From a virus: a stretch of DNA of 37,282 bases. Location: IMG/VR virus record IMGVR_UViG_3300046792_000149; one strand, written 5' to 3'. Of this stretch, positions 8,180 to 14,800 are shown piece after piece. The notes beneath the pieces are model-generated. The model was given only the letters and a program-made list of their open reading frames with translations, was not told the DNA's origin and made no database searches. Position 1 is the first letter of the stretch; each line of letters starts with the position of its first letter. The position numbers were made by a program, and so were the translations under genes.

Positions 8180-8337
8180 CCTCTCGCCTCCTTCGCTTCC
8201 GCCTCTCGTTTCGCCTTGTTCGCCTCGAGTTCGTCCCGCATCGCCTGGCCGAGTAGCGCGCGCAGGGCCATCACGTATTCGCTGGCCTTTCGCGCGCGTT
8301 CCCGGGCCTGCTGGGCGGTGAGCTTTGGATCGGTCAT
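8176..8337 (-). CDS. Hypothetical coiled-coil protein (53 aa)
   Basis: ATGA overlaps at both ends (8334-8337, 8176-8179). Sequence is charged and helical. Confidence 0.45.
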   Translation of the reverse strand: MTDPKLTAQQARERARKASEYVMALRALLGQAMRDELEANKAKREAEAKEARG

Positions 8338-8813
8338 GGCTTGATCTCGCCAAAGATGACTTCCCACCGCGTGCGGGCAACGCCGCCAGTGCCAATCGGG
8401 TCTCGTATAGCCTTGAGTTCGCCCTGTGTGCAGTCAGCCCAGGACCCGCGCGGCTCGAGCTCCGCGCTTCTGACGAATCCGGCGCCCCTGAGCGACGCTC
8501 CACTTTCACCAGCCTGCGAATAGGTCACTATGCGGTGGTATCCGAGGGCCTTCGCAGCTGCGCGCGCCGCACCGTAAAGCATGCCATTCGCCATTGACGC
8601 CCCATCCGTGCACGTCCTGTTTATCTCGAGTGTCAGGCCGTCATCGAGCAAACGCGCCACCGGCCTACCGCAAATTGCAACGCCGCGGATTCCCGTCTCA
8701 TCGGCGACGGCAAGAGAGAACTTGTGCCCACGGCACGGCTTGTTGTGCCGATGATGGTGAGCCACAAATTCGTTAGCTCGCTTCAGCGTCACCGGGATCA
8801 CGCGTAATGTCAT
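8334..8813 (-). CDS. Small GNAT-fold acyltransferase, Mom-like / XF1762-like family (159 aa)
   Basis: ANEFVAHHHRHNKPCRGHKFSLAV ... GVAICGRPVARLLDDGLTLEINRTC ... YHRIVTYSQAGESGASLRGAGF matches my recollection of the small phage acyltransferase family that includes Mu Mom (VA..S.PVAR.LD.G.TLEL.R). The family assignment is from memory and unverified. Confidence 0.5.
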   Translation of the reverse strand: MTLRVIPVTLKRANEFVAHHHRHNKPCRGHKFSLAVADETGIRGVAICGRPVARLLDDGLTLEINRTCTDGASMANGMLYGAARAAAKALGYHRIVTYSQAGESGASLRGAGFVRSAELEPRGSWADCTQGELKAIRDPIGTGGVARTRWEVIFGEIKP

Positions 8814-9718
8814 GTTCCTACTCCCGCGTCTCGTTCCTTGTTTCGCCTGAACTCCTCACCCTGCGCCAAACGCTCCCGTTCGAGCTGTGCGGCGTCTTTG
8901 GCGGCTCGCTGGCCCATCGCCTCGGCAATCGCGACCGGAGGCCCTGAGGGGCGCGCAGCGCGCACTGGTGCCGGTCTGCCATTGATCTTCGGTTGCCCAG
9001 GCAACCAACCCTGCGTATGGCCGCGACCATTAAGCCATGACGAGAGGTCTTGAACGAAACCGTCTATCGGCCTTTGGGATAGCAGATAAGCTCGCCAATT
9101 GGCTTGCACAGCCACCCATGAAGGCTTACCGACCTTCTTCCATGCTTTGGCTGCGGCGAACTTCCCGCCTCGGCGGCCGGTCTTCTCCCAGATGATCTCG
9201 AACTCGCCGGGATAATCGACCGAACCCGCCGACGCAGTCGGCAAGATATCCGGTTCTTTCTTTGTCTGTGTCTGCGTCTTGAGCTGAGTCTGAGTGTCGT
9301 TACAGGCGCTACCGTCCGCTACGGGGCGTGACGAAGCGTTACTAAGCGTTACTTTGTGTGACTCCCTAAAGCGTTGCTGGCGAACCGCGGCACGTTCGCG
9401 CCTGTCCTCGGCCGAGAGCTGCTGCGAATACTTCTCGTGGTTGATAAGACGCCAGCCGCCGTCGATCACCTCGAGCCGGCGCCCGTCGGCCTCCTTGGTC
9501 CTAGAATCCGGGTCGGGCGACAGGAATGCCTCGAGCGCGGCTTCGCACTGCTCGCGCGTCACTCCCGCGAACTTGGCTAGGCCAGGCACCGAGGCTTGCA
9601 CCTCGCCGTGCCGGTCCGCCATCGCGAGCATGGTGATCCAAACGACCTTGGTTGCTAGCGGCAACTCCCAGACGGTGGACGCCAGAATCGAACCGAACAG
9701 TTTAGTGTAGCCGCTCAC
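8810..9718 (-). CDS. Replication-initiator-like / winged-helix DNA-binding protein (302 aa)
   Basis: The N-terminus YTKLFGSILASTVWELPLATKVVWITMLAMADRHGEVQASVPGLAKFAGVTREQCEAALEAFLSPDPDSR...GGWRLINHEKY is the pattern seen in prophage replication/DnaD-like N-terminal domains. A low-complexity TQTQLKTQTQTKK linker follows. Confidence 0.45.
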   Translation of the reverse strand: MSGYTKLFGSILASTVWELPLATKVVWITMLAMADRHGEVQASVPGLAKFAGVTREQCEAALEAFLSPDPDSRTKEADGRRLEVIDGGWRLINHEKYSQQLSAEDRRERAAVRQQRFRESHKVTLSNASSRPVADGSACNDTQTQLKTQTQTKKEPDILPTASAGSVDYPGEFEIIWEKTGRRGGKFAAAKAWKKVGKPSWVAVQANWRAYLLSQRPIDGFVQDLSSWLNGRGHTQGWLPGQPKINGRPAPVRAARPSGPPVAIAEAMGQRAAKDAAQLERERLAQGEEFRRNKERDAGVGT

Positions 9719-10278
9719 CGGCGCGCGCTCCGGGCGATGCTGAGTAGGAGGTCGCGGAACTCGGGCGGCGTCTTACTCCTGTCGCCTTGACGATCCCATA
9801 GCGAACCGGTCAGGGGGCCGGCGCCGCTCGGTCCCCAGCGCAATTCAGGCGGCTCATCGCCAACGACATAGAGCCACGTCGGCTTGTTTGCAGGGTGGCC
9901 GTAATGCCCCTGTTCGACGTAGCACGTCCAACCGTCGTCGCCGTCCTTGGCCCAGCCCTGCGCCGGCGGAATTGGTAGTCCGAACGTCGCCCAGGCGCCC
10001 GACTTCGCCGGATGCTCGAGGATGCCGCCAAAGCGGCGTACACACGCCAAGGCAAACGAAAAGCAGCCGTTGTCTGCGCCGAAGACACCGCGCTTCGGGT
10101 CTCCCGCCGGCCGGCATCCATGCCACTGCACCCCCCACCGCTCGCACGGCGGATGCGCCACGACCGGCCACGGCCCCGCGTACAGCCGCGCATCCCGCGC
10201 TTCATCCCACGGGTCAACGCCGTCGAGGCCGAAGTAGCAGCCGCCCTTGGCAACGAACAAAGCCGCAACGGTTGTCAT
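9715..10278 (-). CDS. C5-cytosine-methyltransferase-like core protein lacking a target-recognition domain (187 aa)
   Basis: Motif-like strings appear in C5-MTase order: LFVAKGGCYFG (I-like), HPPCERWG (IV, PC), GGILEHPAKS (VI, ENV-like), HYGHPANKPTWLYVVG (VIII-like) and KTPPEFRDLLLSIA (X-like). At about 190 aa it is too short to hold a TRD. Confidence 0.4.
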   Translation of the reverse strand: MTTVAALFVAKGGCYFGLDGVDPWDEARDARLYAGPWPVVAHPPCERWGVQWHGCRPAGDPKRGVFGADNGCFSFALACVRRFGGILEHPAKSGAWATFGLPIPPAQGWAKDGDDGWTCYVEQGHYGHPANKPTWLYVVGDEPPELRWGPSGAGPLTGSLWDRQGDRSKTPPEFRDLLLSIARSARR

Positions 10279-10481
10279 CGCTCCCTAAACTCCGCCAGCT
10301 CGCCAACCCACATCGCCGCCGTAACAACCCCGCCCACAACGACCCCGCCAATCGCCGCAGTGCCCAACGCGAGCGAATACACGCCGACGACGATGCAGCC
10401 GATTGCGAGTTCGGCTGAGTCGTACACGAAACCGCCGGGGCCGCGGGTTAGGAGCTTGTCGCGCAGGGCCTCGAAGATCAC
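10275..10481 (-). CDS. Small membrane protein (68 aa, GTG start)
   Basis: GTGA overlap with the upstream stop. The C-terminal half is one or two Gly/Val/Ala-rich hydrophobic helices. Confidence 0.45.
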   Translation of the reverse strand: MIFEALRDKLLTRGPGGFVYDSAELAIGCIVVGVYSLALGTAAIGGVVVGGVVTAAMWVGELAEFRER

Positions 10482-10951
10482 AGCCCCAACCCTTCCCGGC
10501 GTTCCTTATCCGAGTTCCGACCGGGCGGAGCCAGGAGCGCTTCGCCGGTCAGGCCGCGATCGATTCGCGCATACATGCTATTGCGATGGATTCCTACGAT
10601 CTCCGCCCACTCGCCTATGCACTTTGTATCGGAGCCAATGGTCACGTAACGATTGCTGGAGCGATTCCGATTCTGCGCGGCATAGGTGGCCCATACGCAG
10701 TTGCCAGGATCATAGTTGCCCTTACTGTTCACGCGTTCGAGGGTGTGACGTGGGGTAGGCTTCGGACCCATGTCAGATAGGAAAGTTTCGAAGCAGTCCC
10801 ACCGCGTGCAAAACGTGATTCCGGCTCCGCCGTATATTGACCACTTTTTGATATTGGGGTTACGGCAACGATCGCGAGCCGCGCGCCAGGATGAATACTC
10901 CGGTGACATCCATCCGCCGCTTCGGGTATGTCCATGTCTTTTCTTTCTCAT
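10478..10951 (-). CDS. Degenerate HNH_3-like / homing-endonuclease-like DNA-binding protein (157 aa)
   Basis: HGHTRSG..SPEYSSWRAARDRCRNPN...YGGAGITFCTRW..FETFLSDMGPKP...LERVNSKGNYDPGNCVWAT followed by an HTH-like GEWAEIVGIHRNSMYARIDRG. This is the recurrent phage family usually labelled HNH endonuclease, with the catalytic His apparently replaced. Confidence 0.5.
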   Translation of the reverse strand: MRKKRHGHTRSGGWMSPEYSSWRAARDRCRNPNIKKWSIYGGAGITFCTRWDCFETFLSDMGPKPTPRHTLERVNSKGNYDPGNCVWATYAAQNRNRSSNRYVTIGSDTKCIGEWAEIVGIHRNSMYARIDRGLTGEALLAPPGRNSDKERREGLGL

Positions 10952-11364
10952 AAGCCGAGAGCCTCTCTTCGTTCCTTGTCGTTCGACCAGGCCAATTGCA
11001 CGTCCGACGGATAGAACATGAACGGCGGTCCATCGACGTATAGCCGCGTGCGTCCGCCGGTGCCGAATGGGTCAGTCCGAATCACCTCGCGAACGGCGCG
11101 TAAATCGACGTCGTAACCGGCCAGGTCACATGCTGTTTTGTAATCCAGGATTGCGTCTTCTTTGAGCTTGATTTTGTCGCCTACGCGAACGGTCGTTGGC
11201 AACGACTCGCGTTCCAGTACGTCAACGACGTGCGATGGGCCGCCAATGTCCGTATGCGCCGTCGCGTGGCGTTTAGCATCCGACTTGAGCGCGATTTCGT
11301 CGCGCTGGAAGAGACAGCCGCGATGGGTGCATTTGATCCACCAGCTCGATTTGCCCTTACCCAT
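10948..11364 (-). CDS. Hypothetical protein (138 aa)
   Basis: The ATG at 11364 overlaps the upstream TAA (ATGGGTAA). It ends in the same peptide as its downstream neighbour (NDKERREALGL). Confidence 0.5.
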   Translation of the reverse strand: MGKGKSSWWIKCTHRGCLFQRDEIALKSDAKRHATAHTDIGGPSHVVDVLERESLPTTVRVGDKIKLKEDAILDYKTACDLAGYDVDLRAVREVIRTDPFGTGGRTRLYVDGPPFMFYPSDVQLAWSNDKERREALGL

Positions 11365-11620
11365 GGCCCGCCTCGATGTCATCCGCGCACAGCTCCAATT
11401 GCTCACGGACCTCGCGCGAGATTTGGCCCATGAGGTGACGGCGCGCGACCCAGTCCCGGAGTTCTTTCGTCACCGACGGCTTTTCGGCGACCGCTTCGCT
11501 CGCAGATTCGGCGCAGTAGGCGTCCGCGCACTCTTGGCAATAGGCGGTTTCGTTCTCGTTGAAGTCTCGATCGCAGCCAGAGCAGCCAAGGGTCGGAACT
11601 TCCACTGTGACCGTCTTCAC
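11357..11620 (-). CDS. Cys4 zinc-ribbon-like protein (87 aa, GTG start)
   Basis: CSGC-x15-CQEC plus additional Cys. GTGA overlap with the upstream stop at 11617-11620. Confidence 0.45.
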   Translation of the reverse strand: MKTVTVEVPTLGCSGCDRDFNENETAYCQECADAYCAESASEAVAEKPSVTKELRDWVARRHLMGQISREVREQLELCADDIEAGHG

Positions 11621-11913
11621 GCCGCTCTCCGCGCGTTCCGCTCACGGATGGCCATGACCAGGGAGCGTGTCTTCGTCTCGCATTCGACCTGGACCACGGC
11701 CCGGGCCAGGGGGGACTGGGCCGCGGTAGCGCCGGCCGCCATGGTCGCCGCGACGAGCTCGGCCGCCTGGCGTTTTGTCAGGCCGCAGGTCAGAGCCGCC
11801 TGGAACACCTTGGCGGCCGTCCCGTCGACCTTTCTGGAACGCACCCCTGCGACCTGTGGGGAAATGGGCGAACCAACTTTATAATTGGTAAAGCACTTGC
11901 GCGATGTGGCCAT
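11617..11913 (-). CDS. Hypothetical protein (98 aa), first gene after the int-proximal non-coding region
   Basis: The ATG at 11913 is preceded by GGAGG with an 8-nt spacer. Possible HTH (LTKRQAAELVAA). Confidence 0.5.
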   Translation of the reverse strand: MATSRKCFTNYKVGSPISPQVAGVRSRKVDGTAAKVFQAALTCGLTKRQAAELVAATMAAGATAAQSPLARAVVQVECETKTRSLVMAIRERNARRAA

Positions 11914-11972
11914 AGAACCTACCTCCGTCCAACAACGACCCAAGGAGACGGCGCGCTGCAACCCTGAAACAT

Positions 11973-12035
11973 CCCCCGATGAGCAGCGAGGAGCGCGCGG
12001 CCGCCTTCTTCGATCGTCGTGAAACTCATCGGGGG
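11973..12035. repeat. Perfect 11-bp inverted repeat CCCCCGATGAG / CTCATCGGGGG with a 41-bp spacer
   Basis: 11973-11983 is the exact reverse complement of 12025-12035. The spacer contains the palindrome GCGGCCGC. It lies in the about 300-bp non-coding stretch downstream of int. Confidence 0.9.
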
Positions 12036-12209
12036 TATTGTCCAGTTTGCACGACGTTCGAATGCTTGCAAGTGGGAATTTCGCTTACAGTTGATACGAG
12101 AGAGCTATGGCGGCGGCTCCATAGTGTAACCGCTTGGAAACGCACGCATGTTCAGTATTGCGACCAGCAAAAAATCGTACTAGCGGGTTGACGGCCAGTA
12201 CAAGAATGG

Positions 12210-13175
12210 CTAGCGGCGCGTGCGATCGCGCTCGATGCCGCGCTCAAAAGTCTCACGAGCAGAGCTTAGATCGGTCGGCCTCGAGGCGACGTAATCGGCC
12301 GTCTGCTGAAGGTTCGCGTGACCTAGAATCTGCTGTAGTACCTCGATGCGCACGCCGCGCTCGACGGCCCGGGTGGCATAGCCTCGACGGCCAGAGTGCA
12401 GCGGTACGCGCTTCTCCCCGGCGGCGGGCTTGAGTTCGGCGCGTTCGGCGAGCCCGCGCCAGATCATAGACATCCAGTTGCGCGAGTAGGCGCCCCCCGT
12501 GCGCGGAGAACGCAGCACAAGAGGCGAGCGGATGTCTCGAGGCAGGGCGTCGATAGAAGCAAGCAGGCGGCGCGTGATGGGCACAGAGCGCGCCCTACGA
12601 CTCTTGGTGATGGCTGCGGGCAGGTTGATCTGCAGCCTCGCCCGGTCCACCCAGGAGTGCTCGAGTAGGCGTATCTCGGAATTCCTCAGCCCGGCATCGT
12701 TCGCCGCCAAGATGATGAACGTGTCCCGCGCCAGGTCCGACTCAAACAGGAGGTGTTCGACGTCTTCCTCGGTCGTGGCGCTCTCCCTGTGCTTCTTGGC
12801 CTTGAGTCTCTTCGCCTCGCACAGCTGGGGCACCGCGGGATACATCCCCTCGCGTTTCCCCCAGCGCACCATTGCGAGCAGGCAGGCCAGGACGGAGTTC
12901 AGCGAGGTCGCCGCCAAGTCGCTGCGCTCGACGCGGTAGGCGGTCCAGTCGGCGACCATAAGGGAGGCCACGTCACGCGAGCCCCAGCGCTTGATCAGCG
13001 GTCGCAGTAGGTGCGCGGACGTCACCCAGCCGGGACGATGCTGCTGTGATATCTCGCACGTCCTGTAGAGCTCGGCGACGGTGATAGACGGGCGCGTCGG
13101 CGCAATGCGCTCGGACAGCTCCGTTATGAGTCGTGCCTGCGCCGCTAGAAGCGCGCGCAGCTCTGCGTCGTCCAC
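12210..13175 (-). CDS. int: Tyrosine recombinase / phage integrase (321 aa, GTG start)
   Basis: The C-terminal catalytic box has LHSGRRGYATRAV (H-x-x-R) and ILGHANLQQTADYV (catalytic Tyr), with an upstream ...AGLRNSEI... Arg motif. The N-terminal SAM-like core-binding domain has typical length. Confidence 0.85.
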   Translation of the reverse strand: MDDAELRALLAAQARLITELSERIAPTRPSITVAELYRTCEISQQHRPGWVTSAHLLRPLIKRWGSRDVASLMVADWTAYRVERSDLAATSLNSVLACLLAMVRWGKREGMYPAVPQLCEAKRLKAKKHRESATTEEDVEHLLFESDLARDTFIILAANDAGLRNSEIRLLEHSWVDRARLQINLPAAITKSRRARSVPITRRLLASIDALPRDIRSPLVLRSPRTGGAYSRNWMSMIWRGLAERAELKPAAGEKRVPLHSGRRGYATRAVERGVRIEVLQQILGHANLQQTADYVASRPTDLSSARETFERGIERDRTRR

Positions 13176-13313
13176 CTGGCCACCCCCGGGGCTTCAGCGT
13201 CGCCAAAGCCGAGCCGTGAACTGTCGCGCCAATCTTCTGGCGCGTCTTGGTAGTTGTGTGTGCCCTTACGTCGGCCTAGCAAATGTCAGCTAGCGCAATG
13301 CACCAACGACACA

Positions 13314-13399
13314 GGTTTCGAATGTGCGATGACCGCGGTGTCAGTCCCGACGGTGACGCGTGCTTCGAAACCGTATGGGGCGTCGGTTACGGTTTCGGT
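13314..13399. promoter_or_regulatory. Three copies of an ACGGTTTCG(A/G)-type motif upstream of int
   Basis: GGTTTCGAA (13314-13322, +), TTCGAAACCGT (13364-13374, inverted) and ACGGTTTCGGT (13389-13399, +) sit in the 296-bp non-coding region between 13472..13657 and int. A TGTTCAC operator-like heptamer follows at 13418-13424. Confidence 0.35.
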
Positions 13400-13471
13400 C
13401 ACTGCGTCTTGACGCAATGTTCACCAACAATTCGCGAAAGAAATCGCCGCTCGCACGTTCAATGACGGGCG

Positions 13472-13657
13472 TCACGGTTCGTCGGGCGCATCGAGGCGAC
13501 GCAGGCCCAAGTCATCGTCGTAGAGCCAGGGGCGGCCGTCGGTGTCCAGATAGGCAATGACAATGATGTGCGGCGCTGGCGTGGGCGTCTTGCCCGCCGG
13601 TTTCCACCCTGGCTTCGGGATGGAGATCAAGCGCTGGTCGATGAATCGCGGTTTCAT
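13472..13657 (-). CDS. Hypothetical protein (61 aa)
   Basis: The ATG at 13657 overlaps the upstream stop (ATGA). The N-terminal extension in the track overlaps the upstream gene. Confidence 0.45.
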   Translation of the reverse strand: MKPRFIDQRLISIPKPGWKPAGKTPTPAPHIIVIAYLDTDGRPWLYDDDLGLRRLDAPDEP

Positions 13658-13968
13658 CGCGCCAGCTCCTTCGCGCGCGTGACGGGCTTGGCGTCGAGGA
13701 GAGGATTGATAACGCGGTATAGTTCTCCCGACTCGGCGCACGATTTAGCGACGCAATCAGACCCACATTCCTGCTCAGGAACGGCCTCCCATGCTGTCTC
13801 TGTTTCGAGGACCCCGTTAGGACTCTCGGTATCCATCTCCTTCAGGGAAAGCAAGAGATAACGATGGTGCTTGGTGCACCAGCCGCAGCCTAGTATCCAA
13901 ACGACATCGCCCGCCCGTAACGATGCGAACGACGTCACCAACTCGCATTCCTCGCCGTTGATCTTCAT
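13654..13968 (-). CDS. Hypothetical Cys-rich protein (104 aa)
   Basis: ATGA overlaps at both ends. Several Cys pairs (GCGWC, CGSDC..C). Confidence 0.5.
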   Translation of the reverse strand: MKINGEECELVTSFASLRAGDVVWILGCGWCTKHHRYLLLSLKEMDTESPNGVLETETAWEAVPEQECGSDCVAKSCAESGELYRVINPLLDAKPVTRAKELAR

Positions 13969-14204
13969 CGCTTCCTACTCCTCACTTCCTGAATCCACGT
14001 CGCCGCTTCGGCCTCGCGTTCGGCCCGCGCTTTGTCGCGTGCCTTGTCGCGCGGTTCTGCGATGTGCCGGCCGGGACCTTCGAAAGCGCGTCGTCTAGCC
14101 TCCTTCACATCCTTGGCATGCGTTGGCGATACGCGCCGCTTTGCTTCCATGATCTTGAGGGCCGTGAGCGCAGCGGCGCCGAGGGTTGAATTGGGGTCGC
14201 GCAT
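13965..14204 (-). CDS. Hypothetical basic protein (79 aa)
   Basis: The ATG at 14204 is preceded by AGGAGG with a 4-nt spacer. C-terminus is Arg/Lys/Glu-rich and helical. Confidence 0.5.
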   Translation of the reverse strand: MRDPNSTLGAAALTALKIMEAKRRVSPTHAKDVKEARRRAFEGPGRHIAEPRDKARDKARAEREAEAATWIQEVRSRKR

Positions 14205-14215
14205 GGTTCCTCCTG

Positions 14216-14328
14216 TCGGCGTGTCGGGATTCGAACCCGAAACCCAGGTCGCTTACTGGACGTCTCCAGCCGCAGATTCCCGGGAGCCTGATCAATGGCC
14301 GCGGTTGTCCATTACCGCTCCCACGCCG
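14216..14328 (-). ncRNA. Atypical tRNA-like RNA (113 nt): canonical acceptor, D and T arms but no canonical anticodon arm
   Basis: Read on the minus strand. Acceptor CGGCGTG (14328-14322) pairs 7/7 with CACGCCG (14223-14217), followed by discriminator A. The D arm is GCGG-TAATGGACAA-CCGC (14318-14301). The T arm is TCGGG-TTCGAAT-CCCGA (14240-14224). The interior holds a 4-bp stem with an 8-nt loop ATTGATCA (14296-14289) and a 42-nt extra arm (14284-14243). It sits in a 150-nt intergenic gap on the same strand as its neighbours. Confidence 0.55.
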
Positions 14329-14354
14329 AATAGCCGGCGTAGCCGGCGGGGTGA

Positions 14355-14798
14355 CTAGAAGCCGAGCCGTTGATCTTCTGAGTTCAGGTCGAACCCGGCA
14401 GGATGAGACTTCTTCATCTCGGCCGAGAGCTTCTTCAGGTCGGCGACCGACATGCGGTTTTCGGCCTTCACGCCGTAGGTTGCCGGGTTGACGAATGCGA
14501 TCTTTTGCCGGCGGACGCCTTTGTACTCCTCGGTCTTGACCGTTACGCGGCAACGCCCGTGCGGCTCCTGTTCGTTGAACAGGTCCAGGTCTTCGCCCGA
14601 GAAACCAAGCGCGTGGCAGGCGTCCACCGTGCGATCGTACGCTGCGGCAGAAAGCCACCCGGTCCACTCCATGACGCTGCCATCCTCGATTTCAAACATC
14701 ATGACAGCGGCGGGCTTCTGGTCGTTTCCCAGCCTTCCCCACTGAATCCACTCGCTGCCGCTCTTGATCAGCTTCGCTTTGTAATCGCCGTCGTTCAT
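14355..14798 (-). CDS. Putative ssDNA-binding protein (DUF669-like), 147 aa
   Basis: The ATG at 14798 has a GAGGAGG SD with a 7-nt spacer. It lies immediately downstream of the exonuclease-annealase gene. The beta-rich core is followed by an acidic tail ending in an aromatic residue (DLNSEDQRLGF), as in phage and bacterial SSBs. Family assignment is from memory. Confidence 0.4.
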   Translation of the reverse strand: MNDGDYKAKLIKSGSEWIQWGRLGNDQKPAAVMMFEIEDGSVMEWTGWLSAAAYDRTVDACHALGFSGEDLDLFNEQEPHGRCRVTVKTEEYKGVRRQKIAFVNPATYGVKAENRMSVADLKKLSAEMKKSHPAGFDLNSEDQRLGF

Positions 14799-14800
14799 GT

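Noticed and set aside
7604-8509. N-terminal extensions of track ORFs. Examples: 7604..8509, 14801..16612, 14355..14927, 17032..17700, 17645..18244, 18111..18716, 25564..26490, 27422..28828, 30052..31008 and 5418..5867.
   Set aside because: The extensions run through the upstream gene in another frame and are Arg/Gly/Ser-rich junk. In each case an internal ATG or GTG with an SD and an ATGA/GTGA/TAATG overlap to the upstream stop gives a cleaner model.
12050-12062. GTTCGAATG strings (12053 region, and 13316 region) resembling a tRNA T-loop.
   Set aside because: The flanking bases cannot form a T stem. The similarity is essentially the TTCGAA palindrome.
11979-12191. Plus-strand 70-aa ORF (MSSEERAAAFF...) and a 36-codon minus-strand ORF starting at 12029, as possible excisionase or regulator genes next to int.
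   Set aside because: Codon bias collapses after the first about 12 codons, no RBS is present, and both start codons are simply part of the 11-bp inverted repeat (…GATGAG / CTCATC…).
14216-14328. Calling the tRNA-like element a normal tRNA gene with an assigned anticodon.
   Set aside because: No 5-bp/7-nt/5-bp anticodon arm exists anywhere between the D and T arms, and no 73-93-nt alternative has a paired acceptor stem. It is therefore reported as an atypical ncRNA, not as a tRNA.
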